Assembly: GCA_045533175.1 (NCBI GenBank)
Contig: JAZSHJ010000055.1
Coordinates: forward strand, 1-46,326
Direction of reading: 5' to 3'
Length of the DNA: 46,326 nt
DNA from: Acutalibacteraceae bacterium
GTDB lineage: Bacteria > Bacillota > Clostridia > Oscillospirales > Acutalibacteraceae
Below are positions 9,062 to 18,253 of the stretch, in pieces. A program made the translations under genes and the position numbers. Every line of letters starts with the position of its first letter. Position 1 is the stretch's first letter. The notes under the pieces are model-generated. The model worked only from the letters and a program-made list of their open reading frames with translations. It did no database searches and was not told the origin of the DNA.

Positions 9062-10609
9062 ATGTCGGATACGTTGGATGAGATCTTGGCGGAATTGAGT
9101 GTGAAAAAAGCAGAGCAAGAGTCTGCACAGCAGAACTCGGCGGCAGTTGAAGAGGATGTGAAACCTGCGGATGAGCGCAGCGCCAAGGTGGCAGCCTTTC
9201 GGTTGGAAATGGATATCGAGGATGAGTTTGGCGAGTATGAAGAGCCCCCCGTGCCCGAAACGACCGAAACGGTAACCGATACCGAAGTTGCCGATGTGTT
9301 GGAAGAGCCGGCGGACGTGTTACCGGAAGAGGTGACAACGAACGAGGCGGAGGAAATAACCGAACAACGCACGTTACAAGAAGAGAAAGAACCCAAGGAA
9401 AAGCGCCGCAAGAAACGGGCGCGTATGGGCGAAAAAGAACGTGCGTTATGGGGGTGTGCCGGCGGCACGTTTTACGTGCTGGCCATCCTCGGCGTGTCGT
9501 TGGTGCTGGCGTGTGTGATCATTATGGCCGCATTGGATCTGACCGGTATCGGAAAGTCGGGCAGGAACGTGCGTGTGGTTGTGGAGGAAGGTGCGACCTC
9601 CGAAACGATCGGTGCGGTTTTGAAAGAGAACGGGTTGATCAACCATCCGTTTTTCTTCAAACTTTATTCGAATATCACGGGTGAAGACAGCGAGTTTAAG
9701 TCGGGTGTATATACTTTTACCGCCAATATGGGGTACGGAAACATTGTGGATATGCTTCGTGTCGGTGTGCCGCGTAAAGTGGTAACGATCACCATTCCGG
9801 AAGGTTTCACGGTGGATAAGATCGCCGCCTTGATGGAAGAAAACTCGGTGTGTACCAAAAAGGAATTTTACGATGCGGTGTTGAATGGTAACTATTCCGA
9901 TTATTCGTTCGTGGCATCTATCCCCGAAGAAACGGGAGCGTATGCGGGGCGCGGGTATGCGCTGGAAGGATATTTGTATCCCGATACGTATGAGTTTTAT
10001 ACCGGCAGTACCGGAGAAACGGTTGTGCGTAAATTGCTCACGAACTTTGATAACCGCATCGACACCACGATGAGAACAAAAATTCAGATGGCGGCTGAAG
10101 AATTGGGTGTCAATCTGAATTTGAACGATGTGGTGATTTTGGCCTCCATTGTGCAAGCGGAAGCGGGGAGCGACGAGTGGTCTAAAGTGGCGCGCGTGTT
10201 GATCAACCGCATGAAGAACCCGTCGCTGTTTCCACGCTTGGAGTGTGATTCCACCACAGATTACTACAAGAGCTTGAACCTGGCGGTGGAGGGGCTGAAG
10301 GTGGATGCCGACGCCTATAACAGTTATGCGCATAATGGATTGATTCCCGGTGCGATCAACAACCCCGGTATGAAAGCGATCCAAGCGGTGTTGGAACCTG
10401 CTACGTTGGACGAGATCAAGCGATATATGACCTATCGTGCGAGCAACGACGTGGAGGGGAGTGCATTTGCACCTTTGCGCTATCAAAAAGATGCGTGGAA
10501 TACGGCAGGGGATTACTACTTCTTTGCCACCGATCTGGATACCGGTGTGACGTATTACACCACCAACGCAACCGATCACGGAATTGTTTGCAGTCACTAC
10601 GGAATTTAA
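9062..10609 (+). CDS. mltG: Endolytic murein transglycosylase MltG (YceG-like) with a 130-aa acidic cytoplasmic N-terminal tail
   Basis: One TM helix followed by a YceG domain (LASIVQAEAG, YNSYAHNGLIPGAINNPG). The N-terminus is rich in Glu, Asp, Thr and Pro. Confidence 0.85.
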   Translation: MSDTLDEILAELSVKKAEQESAQQNSAAVEEDVKPADERSAKVAAFRLEMDIEDEFGEYEEPPVPETTETVTDTEVADVLEEPADVLPEEVTTNEAEEITEQRTLQEEKEPKEKRRKKRARMGEKERALWGCAGGTFYVLAILGVSLVLACVIIMAALDLTGIGKSGRNVRVVVEEGATSETIGAVLKENGLINHPFFFKLYSNITGEDSEFKSGVYTFTANMGYGNIVDMLRVGVPRKVVTITIPEGFTVDKIAALMEENSVCTKKEFYDAVLNGNYSDYSFVASIPEETGAYAGRGYALEGYLYPDTYEFYTGSTGETVVRKLLTNFDNRIDTTMRTKIQMAAEELGVNLNLNDVVILASIVQAEAGSDEWSKVARVLINRMKNPSLFPRLECDSTTDYYKSLNLAVEGLKVDADAYNSYAHNGLIPGAINNPGMKAIQAVLEPATLDEIKRYMTYRASNDVEGSAFAPLRYQKDAWNTAGDYYFFATDLDTGVTYYTTNATDHGIVCSHYGI

Positions 10610-10620
10610 GGAGAAACAGC

Positions 10621-11595
10621 ATGCATTGTCCGAAATGCAACTACGAACGGGAGACGCGTCACGGCGCGTGTCCCGTTTGCGGTTTTGATTCAAGACGTAT
10701 CGTTTGGTTGATCGTCGGCATTGTTGCGGTGTTGTTCCTTGCGGTGGGATTGGCAGTTTTCGGTGTTGTGTCGCTTGTCAACGGATTGAAAAGCCACACT
10801 ACGCCGGCTGAAACACCCGCAACGTCGCAAACGGTTTATGCGAATGTCACCACCCTGTCGCGTACCGTGATAGTTACCGTACCCGAGGGATACACAGTAC
10901 AGATGATTGCCACGCTGATGGAATCGAAAGGTGTGTGCGAAGCGGCGGAATTTTTACGTGCGGTGCAAGAAGGTGAGTTTTCGGACTACGTTTTTCTTGA
11001 CGACGTGACGACCGTTAGCGAAGACGGAACACCAAACGGGCGGTATTACCGCCTGGAAGGGTATCTGTTTCCCGACACGTATGAGTTTTATCGCGGGTGT
11101 AGTGGTGAGGCGGCGGTACGGCGATTCCTGGACAACTTTCAAAAGAAGTATGAAACCTTGCAACCCGCCGTTGCGGCAAGCGGGTTCACATTGGATGAAG
11201 CGGTGACCTTGGCCTCGATCATTCAACGCGAAGCGGGGAGCACGCAGGATATGCCCCGCATATCGCGGGTGTTGCAAAACCGTCTGGAGAGTCCGCATTA
11301 CCCGCGACTGCAATGCGATGTGACCACCGCCTATCTGCGTGAATTGACCGAAGCGGGGGAGAACCCGGATGAAACGGTGTATGATACATACATTTGCCGC
11401 GGATTACCTGTGGGGGCAATTGCAAACCCCGGTTGGGCTGCTTTATCGGCGGCGGTATCCCCTTCGGATGAAGAACTTTGTGCCGCGTGTTATTTCTTTG
11501 TGTACGATGTTGCGGACGGTACGGTATACTATTCCGCCACCTATGACGAACATTTAGCGGTTTGGGCAGAAATTCAAGAGAGAACGGAGAGATAG
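10621..11595 (+). CDS. Second MltG/YceG-like transglycosylase with an N-terminal zinc ribbon
   Basis: MHCPKCNYERETRHGACPVCGF (CxxC...CxxC), then a TM helix and a YceG domain (LASIIQREAG, YDTYICRGLPVGAIANPG). The ATG at 10621 was chosen within the longer ORF. Confidence 0.85.
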   Translation: MHCPKCNYERETRHGACPVCGFDSRRIVWLIVGIVAVLFLAVGLAVFGVVSLVNGLKSHTTPAETPATSQTVYANVTTLSRTVIVTVPEGYTVQMIATLMESKGVCEAAEFLRAVQEGEFSDYVFLDDVTTVSEDGTPNGRYYRLEGYLFPDTYEFYRGCSGEAAVRRFLDNFQKKYETLQPAVAASGFTLDEAVTLASIIQREAGSTQDMPRISRVLQNRLESPHYPRLQCDVTTAYLRELTEAGENPDETVYDTYICRGLPVGAIANPGWAALSAAVSPSDEELCAACYFFVYDVADGTVYYSATYDEHLAVWAEIQERTER

Positions 11596-11598
11596 GCT

Positions 11599-12816
11599 GT
11601 GTGTAAAAAACCGGAAGTGTTAGCACCTGCGGGTGATGCGGAACGGTTGGAAGCCGCGTTGCAGTACGGTGCGGATGCGGTGTATCTTTCCATGCCGCAA
11701 TTCGGTATGCGCACCGCACCGCAAAATTTCGATGAAGCGGAGTTAAAAGAAGCGGTGATAAAAGCGCACGCTAAGGGGGCGGCGGTTTATCTTACCTGCA
11801 ACATTCTGCCCCGCAACACGGAGATCGAGCAATTGCCTGCCTATTTTGAAACGGCCGCGGCGGCGGGTGTGGACGCGTTAATTGCGGCCGATCTCGGTGT
11901 GATCGGTCTGGCCAAACGGTATGCCCCGTCATTACCGCTACACGTTTCCACACAGTTTGGTGTGGTAAATTATCAAACCGCGCGGGAATTGTACGATATG
12001 GGTGCATCACGTGTGGTGTTGGCGAGAGAATTGTCGCTCGAAGAAATTGCGGAGATTCGCGCCAAAACAGCTACCGATCTGGAAATCGAGTGTTTTGTGC
12101 ACGGGGCGATGTGCATGTCGTATTCGGGACGGTGTCTGATCTCCAATTATCTCACGGGACGTGACGCCAACCACGGGGATTGTGCACAACCTTGTCGATG
12201 GCGATATGAGGTGATAGAACCCTCTGCCCCCGAAAAACGGTATACGGTGGAAGAGGATGCACACGGATCGTATCTTTTCAATGCAAACGATTTGAATATG
12301 ATCGAACATATCCCTGCATTGTACCATGCAGGAGTGACGTCCTTTAAGATCGAAGGGCGTGCCAAGGCGGCGTATTATGCGGCGGTAACCACCAATGCCT
12401 ACCGTGTGGCAACGGACGGCTTTATTGCCTCGGGATTTTCCAAGGAATATACACCGCCGCCATGGGTGGTGGACGAATTGCAAAAGGTCAGTCACCGTCC
12501 GTACACCACCGGGTTTTACTTTAACACACCCGATCAGAATTTGGCGTATGGCGGTTATGTGCGGGAATATCAAGTGGCGGCGGTTGCGGTTTCATGGAAA
12601 AACGGGGTCCTTATCGCTTCTCAACGCAACCGTTTTTGCGTTGGCGAAACGCTGGAGGTATTGGAACCGGGATGTGAACCTTTTCTGCTTCCTGTTACGG
12701 CATTACACGACGAAGAGGGGATGGCAATCGAAGCCACACCGCATCCGACGATGCTGTTTTCTGTGCCGTGTCACCGTCCGATTACACCGGGCAGTCTGTT
12801 GCGTCGAAAGATATAA
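11599..12816 (+). CDS. Peptidase U32 family protein (PrtC/RlhA/TrhP-type)
   Basis: U32 signature ECFVHGAMCMSYSGRCLIS. N-terminal KPEVLAPAG. GTG start. Confidence 0.88.
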   Translation: MCKKPEVLAPAGDAERLEAALQYGADAVYLSMPQFGMRTAPQNFDEAELKEAVIKAHAKGAAVYLTCNILPRNTEIEQLPAYFETAAAAGVDALIAADLGVIGLAKRYAPSLPLHVSTQFGVVNYQTARELYDMGASRVVLARELSLEEIAEIRAKTATDLEIECFVHGAMCMSYSGRCLISNYLTGRDANHGDCAQPCRWRYEVIEPSAPEKRYTVEEDAHGSYLFNANDLNMIEHIPALYHAGVTSFKIEGRAKAAYYAAVTTNAYRVATDGFIASGFSKEYTPPPWVVDELQKVSHRPYTTGFYFNTPDQNLAYGGYVREYQVAAVAVSWKNGVLIASQRNRFCVGETLEVLEPGCEPFLLPVTALHDEEGMAIEATPHPTMLFSVPCHRPITPGSLLRRKI

Positions 12817-12823
12817 TGACACA

Positions 12824-12860
12824 AAAGAGCGCGTGTTCACAGCTGAACACGCGCTCTTTG
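12824..12860 (+). terminator. Hairpin terminator after the U32 gene
   Basis: A 14-bp perfect stem, agagcgcgtgttca-cagc-tgaacacgcgctct, followed by TTT. Confidence 0.6.
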
Positions 12861-12912
12861 CATACATATCCCGCTTTCGGTGCACAATGTTACCGAAAGG
12901 ACGGGGTTAAAA

Positions 12913-14520
12913 ATGTATAAACGTGCGGTGGCGGTTATGGCGCTGTTGTTTTGTACCTTTTGCGGATTGACAGCCCATTATTTGACGTTGGCGGAGAATC
13001 CCGCTTCAGCGGTGGTGGAAGGACAATCCACCACTACGGTGCGGGTGGGTTCTGCCAGAGGAGGATTCTATGATCGCAACGGGCGGCCGCTTGTGAACGA
13101 AACCACCGAATTACGGCTATGCATTGCACCGTATACCCGCACAATGAGTTTGCTTGCCGAACATTTGGAAAAAGATACCTTTTCCGTTTTGGCCGCGCGC
13201 TTGGAAGGTGGGCGACCGATCGTGACGCTGGCGGACGACGACTTTCCCGACGTGCGGGGTGTGCGTCGTTTTTTTATACCGCGTCGATACGGTGAGCGCA
13301 CGTATGCTCCGCACTTGATCGGGTATTTGAACGCGGACGGAAGCGGTGCGGTGGGGCTGGAATCGGCGTATAACGCCTTGTTACAGGAGTGCAGCGGTGA
13401 ACTATGCGTTACCTACCTCGTCAACGCGGCAGGACATCTCTTGGCGGACACAAACCCCGTTGTTACAAACACGTTGAATAACGCGACGGCAGGTGTGATG
13501 CTGACGATCGACCGTGATATACAACAGTATGTTGAACAGATCGCGTTGCGAGATCTGCAAAAAGGGGCGGTGTTGATCGCAACGGCCGATACGGCGGAAG
13601 TGGTAGCATCCGTCAGCGTACCGTCCTTTCAGCCATACAATGTGGCATCGTTGCTGGATCATACGGATTCTCCGTTGATGGATCGCACTTTGCAGAATTA
13701 TAACTGTGGTTCGGTGTTTAAGATCGTATCGGCCGCCGCTGCATTGGAGGCGGGAGTGCCGATCTCGCGGGAATACACGTGTAATGGCGTGTGTGTAATC
13801 AACGGTGTGCGATTTCATTGTCATAATCGCTTGGGACACGGTGCTTTGGACATGGAAGAAGCGTTTGCGCTTTCCTGTAACTGCTATTTTATACAGTTAA
13901 TGCAAGACGTGGGTGCGGTCGGAATGTATCACACCGCCACGGCATTGGGATTTGACCGTGCGGTGGTTCCCGCGGACAATTACAAGACCGCCCGTGCTAC
14001 AGTTCCTTCGTTGGAAGAATTGGCCTCAAGTGATGCCGCATTGGCCAATCTGTCGTTCGGGCAAGGAGCGCTCCTTGCCACGCCGTATCATATGATTCAG
14101 ATGTTGACTGCTGTGGTGAACGGGGGCGAAATGTACCGCCCGACGGTGGTGCGCGGTCTTATGGATGAAAACGGAACCGTAAAGGAGAACACCGTTACAC
14201 CGTCGCAGACCGCGTTTTCGGCCGCAACGGCACGCGATCTGCGGCGATTGATGGTGGCAGCGGTAGGTGAGGGGGCAACGGGAGAAAAAGCGAACCCTGC
14301 AAACGGCGGTGCGGGAGGCAAAACGGGTACAGCGGAAAGCGGATGGGTTACCGAAAACGGAGAGTCGGTTCAAAATTGGTTTGTGGGATACTATCCCGCC
14401 GAACAGCCGCGCTATCTTTTAGCGGTGTTGGCAGAGGATTCCAACACCACAAAAGCATCCGCGGCCGAGGTGTTTCAGGTTTTGTGTGATGGATTGTACA
14501 GCGTGGGAATACAAAGTTAA
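12913..14520 (+). CDS. Class B penicillin-binding protein (FtsI/SpoVD/PBP2-type transpeptidase)
   Basis: SVFK (SxxK), SCN (SxN) and KTGTA motifs, with an N-terminal TM anchor. Confidence 0.88.
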   Translation: MYKRAVAVMALLFCTFCGLTAHYLTLAENPASAVVEGQSTTTVRVGSARGGFYDRNGRPLVNETTELRLCIAPYTRTMSLLAEHLEKDTFSVLAARLEGGRPIVTLADDDFPDVRGVRRFFIPRRYGERTYAPHLIGYLNADGSGAVGLESAYNALLQECSGELCVTYLVNAAGHLLADTNPVVTNTLNNATAGVMLTIDRDIQQYVEQIALRDLQKGAVLIATADTAEVVASVSVPSFQPYNVASLLDHTDSPLMDRTLQNYNCGSVFKIVSAAAALEAGVPISREYTCNGVCVINGVRFHCHNRLGHGALDMEEAFALSCNCYFIQLMQDVGAVGMYHTATALGFDRAVVPADNYKTARATVPSLEELASSDAALANLSFGQGALLATPYHMIQMLTAVVNGGEMYRPTVVRGLMDENGTVKENTVTPSQTAFSAATARDLRRLMVAAVGEGATGEKANPANGGAGGKTGTAESGWVTENGESVQNWFVGYYPAEQPRYLLAVLAEDSNTTKASAAEVFQVLCDGLYSVGIQS

Positions 14521-14537
14521 GTTTTTTGGTTTTTAAG

Positions 14538-14566
14538 TTGCAACCGATTGCTTTTTGTGGTATGAT
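14538..14566 (+). promoter_or_regulatory. Sigma-A promoter of the COG0523 pair
   Basis: TTGCAA, a 17-nt spacer, then TGgTATGAT (extended -10). Confidence 0.5.
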
Positions 14567-14599
14567 ATTGCGGGAGTTATCGGAAAGGAAGCGTGAACA

Positions 14600-15718
14600 A
14601 TGACAAAGATTGATATTTTCTCCGGCTTTTTGGGCGCAGGAAAAACCACGTTGATTAAAAAGTTGATTCAAGAAGCCTATGTGGGCGAAAAGTTGGTGTT
14701 GATCGAAAATGAGTTCGGTGAGATCGGTATCGACGGCGGCTTTCTGCAGGAAGCGGGCGTTGCGATCACCGAAATGAATTCCGGTTGTATTTGTTGCAGT
14801 TTGGTGGGAGATTTCTCCGAAGCATTAAAGAAGGTGCTGACCGATTTTGCGCCCGATCGCGTGTTGATCGAGCCTTCCGGTGTGGGGAAACTCAGCGACG
14901 TGATCCGCGCGGTGGAAAACGTGGAGTGCGAAAGCATGCGGTTGAACTGCTTTACCACCGTGGTGGATGCCAAAAAGGCTAAGATGTACATGAAGAATTT
15001 CGGCGAGTTCTTTAACGATCAAGTTTCTCACGCGGGAACCATTATCTTGAGTCATACCGACGGAATGGATGCGGATAAGTTAGCGGCGGTTACGGCTTTG
15101 TTGCGTGAACATAACGCCGAAGCGGTTATCGTGGCGACGCCTTGGTCGCAACTCGACGGTAAACAGATTTTGGAAGCCGCCGAGCATACTTCTACGTTGG
15201 AAACCGAACTCCATCACTTGGCGGAAGAAGTGAATATTTGTCCGACGTGCGGACATCATCATCACGATCACGACCACGAATGTGATTGCCATGAGCACCA
15301 TCATCACGATCACGACCACGAATGTGATTGCCATGAGCATCATCATCACGATCACGACCACGAATGTGATTGCCATAAGCACCATCATCACGATCACGAC
15401 CACGAATGTGATTGTCATGAGCATCATCATCACCATCATCATGCCGATGAGGTGTTCCAAAGCTTTGGCCGCGAAACAACGCGTGCATATACGGTGACGG
15501 AACTGGAAGCGATGCTGAAGGCGTTGGAAGATGCGCACGCATACGGTCAAGTGTTGCGCGCGAAGGGTATCGTCTGCGGCGAAGACGGCTGGTTGCATTT
15601 TGATTACGTGCCGGGCGAAGCGGATATACGCAAAGGCGGTGCAGGCGTGATCGGCCGTTTGTGTGTTATTGGTGCCGGCTTGAAAGAAGAGGCGTTGGAA
15701 GCGCTGTTTGCTCTGTAA
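14600..15718 (+). CDS. COG0523 (CobW/ZigA/YjiA) G3E-family metallochaperone GTPase with a repeated His/Asp/Cys-rich insert
   Basis: Walker A GFLGAGKTT and the metal-binding motif SGCICCS. The C-terminal CobW_C-like segment is interrupted by HHHHDHDHECDCHE x4 plus H7. Confidence 0.88.
   Translation: MTKIDIFSGFLGAGKTTLIKKLIQEAYVGEKLVLIENEFGEIGIDGGFLQEAGVAITEMNSGCICCSLVGDFSEALKKVLTDFAPDRVLIEPSGVGKLSDVIRAVENVECESMRLNCFTTVVDAKKAKMYMKNFGEFFNDQVSHAGTIILSHTDGMDADKLAAVTALLREHNAEAVIVATPWSQLDGKQILEAAEHTSTLETELHHLAEEVNICPTCGHHHHDHDHECDCHEHHHHDHDHECDCHEHHHHDHDHECDCHKHHHHDHDHECDCHEHHHHHHHADEVFQSFGRETTRAYTVTELEAMLKALEDAHAYGQVLRAKGIVCGEDGWLHFDYVPGEADIRKGGAGVIGRLCVIGAGLKEEALEALFAL
15254..15421 (+). repeat. 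Four tandem in-frame 42-bp repeats, each encoding HHHHDHDHECDCH(E/K)
   Basis: The units are 15254-15295, 15296-15337, 15338-15379 and 15380-15421. They differ at only 1-3 positions (cat/cac, gag/aag, tgc/tgt). A His7 run follows. Confidence 0.95.
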
Positions 15719-15731
15719 TGGGAGGATAGAG

Positions 15732-16679
15732 ATGGAAACACCGGTCTACCTGTTTACCGGCTTTTTAGAGTCGGGAAAAACACGCTTTATTCAAGGTACG
15801 TTGGAGGACAAACGCTTTAACGGCGGAGAATCCACCTTGCTGTTGGTGTGTGAAGACGGCGTGGAAGAATATAACCTGTCCCGCATGCCGAACGGCGGGA
15901 AAAACATCACCGTACACATGGTGGAAGAGGAAGAAGACCTCACCCCCGACCATCTTGCCGCATGGAAGAACGCCTGCGGTGCCAAACGGGTGATGGTGGA
16001 ATATAACGGCATGTGGATGCTTGACAGTTTGTACAACGCCATGCCGCAAGGGTGGGTTATCTATCAGGAACTCTGTTTTGCAGATGCGACTACGTTCCTT
16101 ACTTACAACGCCAATATGCGCAGTCTGGTGGTGGATAAGTTCAACAGCTGTGAGTTGGTGGCATTTAACCGTTATCGCGCCGATATGGATAAAATGGCAT
16201 TTCACAAGATCGTGCGTGCCACCTCCCGTCGTGCCGACATTGCGTACGAATACGAGAACGGTGATGTGGAATACGACGATATTGAAGATCCGTTGCCGTT
16301 TGATATCCATGCACCGATTATTGAAATTGCCGATGCCGATTACGCTTTGTGGTATCGTGATTTGAACGAGAACATGGAATCCTATGCAGGGAAAACCGTG
16401 AAGTTTAAGGGCTTGGTGGCGGTGGAGGGCAAGATGCCGCCCGACAGCTTTGTGATCGGTCGTCATATCATGACTTGTTGTGAAGACGATATTGCATACG
16501 GCGGTCTCATTTGCGATTGGAAAGGGGCAAAAACACTCAAGCAACGGGATTGGGTGATGTTGACGGCACGTCTTACGGTGGAGTACCACAAAGCCTATCG
16601 TAAGAAAGGGCCGGTACTGAAGGCAATCAAGGTGGAAGCGGCTACGGCGCCGGAACAGCAAGTGGCGACATTCTTCTGA
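15732..16679 (+). CDS. G3E-like P-loop protein lacking the CxCC motif, fused to a Cys-containing C-terminal domain (DUF1980/TIGR03943-like, tentative)
   Basis: Walker A TGFLESGKT, with no GCxCC equivalent. The C-terminal 120 aa contain FVIGRHIMTCCEDDIAYGG. GGAGG ribosome-binding site at 15721. Confidence 0.6.
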   Translation: METPVYLFTGFLESGKTRFIQGTLEDKRFNGGESTLLLVCEDGVEEYNLSRMPNGGKNITVHMVEEEEDLTPDHLAAWKNACGAKRVMVEYNGMWMLDSLYNAMPQGWVIYQELCFADATTFLTYNANMRSLVVDKFNSCELVAFNRYRADMDKMAFHKIVRATSRRADIAYEYENGDVEYDDIEDPLPFDIHAPIIEIADADYALWYRDLNENMESYAGKTVKFKGLVAVEGKMPPDSFVIGRHIMTCCEDDIAYGGLICDWKGAKTLKQRDWVMLTARLTVEYHKAYRKKGPVLKAIKVEAATAPEQQVATFF

Positions 16680-16736
16680 TATTTCATACCAAACGGGGCA
16701 TACTGTTATCGGTTCTTGAAAGGAACGGTGAAAAGT

Positions 16737-18170
16737 ATGCCTCTCTTTTTTACAGAAAATGCAACGGAGAATATTTCCTTGTTGCGTCAGTATTTGCGCG
16801 TTTCTGCCAGTTTTGATATTGTGCAACGCGACATTACGGTGGCTGAAGCACCTGCAGCCGTGATTTTCGTGGATGGCATGATAAAGGACGAAACCATGTC
16901 CAAGATGTTGCAGTTTTTCTCGTCCATCAAGACGGAAGATCGGCAAAGGATAACCGATGCCAAAGCATTCGCGGCACGATTCGTCCCATACACCGAAGTG
17001 GCGATCGTGGCCGATCCCGATGCGGTGGTAACAGCTGTTTTATCGGGACAGTTGGCCTTTGTAGTGGATGGTTTTGCCGAAATCTTCCTAATCGACGTGC
17101 GCACCTATCCCGTGCGCGGTGTGGCAGAACCCGAATCCGACCGTGTATTGCGTGGTCCACACGACGGATTTGTGGAAACGCTTGTGTTTAACACGGCGCT
17201 TATGCGTCGTCATTTACGCGATCCGCGTTTGACAATGGATTACATGCAGATCGGTTCGGTTTCCCAAACCGATGTGGTGCTGTGTTATCTGGACGGCGTG
17301 GCACCGTCACGCCATGTAAAAAATCTGCGCGATAAACTGCAGAATATTACCATCCCAAGCCTCACCATGGGGCAGGAGAGTTTGGTGGAATGTCTGTTTC
17401 GCAAACAGCAATGGTACAACCCGTTTCCGAAAGTACGGTATACCGAACGGCCGGATGCGGCGGCCGCCGCCGTAATGGAAGGACGCATTGTGGTGCTGGT
17501 GGATAACACACCCGTGGTGATGATTTTACCAACGTCTGTATTTGATTTTGTGCAGGACACCAACGATTATTATTTTCCGCCGTTGGTAGGTTCGTATTTG
17601 CGTTTGGTACGCATTTTGGTGTTCGGTTTCACCATCTTTGTTACGCCCGTGTGGTTTTTGTTGATTACCCATCCGCAATGGATTCCGTCGTGGCTTTCGT
17701 TTATACGTATCGAAAATCCCAACACGGTGCCGGTGATCGTGCAGTTGCTGTTGGTAGAAGTGATGATCGATGCCATACGTCTGGCTTCGTTGAACACACC
17801 CAGCGCGCTGAATAACGCATTCGGTGTGGTAGGGGCTTTGATTTTGGGAGAGTTCGCGGTAACGGCGGGACTGTTTGTGTCGGAAGTGTTATTGTATATG
17901 GCGGCGGTGGCTGTGGCTACCTTTACGCAACCGAGTTTTGAATTGGGATATGCGTTCAAGTTGTCGCGCATGCTATTCCTGGTGTTAACCGCTATGTTTG
18001 GAGTGTGGGGATTCTTAGGCGGTATTGTGCTTGTGGGAGTGGTGTTGGCCACCACACAAACGGCGCTCGGAACAGGGTATCTGTATCCGATTATTCCGTT
18101 TGACCGCGTGGCGCTGCGCCGTCTTGTGATGCGTCGCATATTGCACCGTAACAACGCCTTACGCAAATAA
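16737..18170 (+). CDS. GerA-family spore germination protein (A subunit / SpoVAF-like)
   Basis: The soluble N-terminal domain (DVRTYPVRGVAEPESDRVLRGPHDGFVE) is followed by about 5 C-terminal TM helices, as is typical of GerAA/SpoVAF. Confidence 0.85.
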   Translation: MPLFFTENATENISLLRQYLRVSASFDIVQRDITVAEAPAAVIFVDGMIKDETMSKMLQFFSSIKTEDRQRITDAKAFAARFVPYTEVAIVADPDAVVTAVLSGQLAFVVDGFAEIFLIDVRTYPVRGVAEPESDRVLRGPHDGFVETLVFNTALMRRHLRDPRLTMDYMQIGSVSQTDVVLCYLDGVAPSRHVKNLRDKLQNITIPSLTMGQESLVECLFRKQQWYNPFPKVRYTERPDAAAAAVMEGRIVVLVDNTPVVMILPTSVFDFVQDTNDYYFPPLVGSYLRLVRILVFGFTIFVTPVWFLLITHPQWIPSWLSFIRIENPNTVPVIVQLLLVEVMIDAIRLASLNTPSALNNAFGVVGALILGEFAVTAGLFVSEVLLYMAAVAVATFTQPSFELGYAFKLSRMLFLVLTAMFGVWGFLGGIVLVGVVLATTQTALGTGYLYPIIPFDRVALRRLVMRRILHRNNALRK

Positions 18171-18180
18171 TAAAAAGTGA

Positions 18181-18211
18181 GGAAAAGCCACCGCAATACG
18201 GTGGCTTTTCC
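18181..18211 (+). terminator. Intrinsic terminator after the gerA-like gene
   Basis: ggaaaagccaccg-caata-cggtggcttttcc forms a 13-bp stem. Confidence 0.7.
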
Positions 18212-18224
18212 CGTGAAAAAACTA

Positions 18225-18253
18225 TTGACATTTTTCGCCGTTTCCATTATATT
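18225..18253 (+). promoter_or_regulatory. Sigma-A promoter of the pot operon
   Basis: TTGACA, a 17-nt spacer, then TATATT. Confidence 0.6.

Noticed and set aside
15080-15598. ORFs translating the His-repeat DNA in other frames or on the other strand (the MMMVMMML-type and ITITTTNV-type peptides)
   Set aside because: These are by-products of the 42-bp repeat. Only the frame continuous with the COG0523 Walker A and CxCC motifs is credible.
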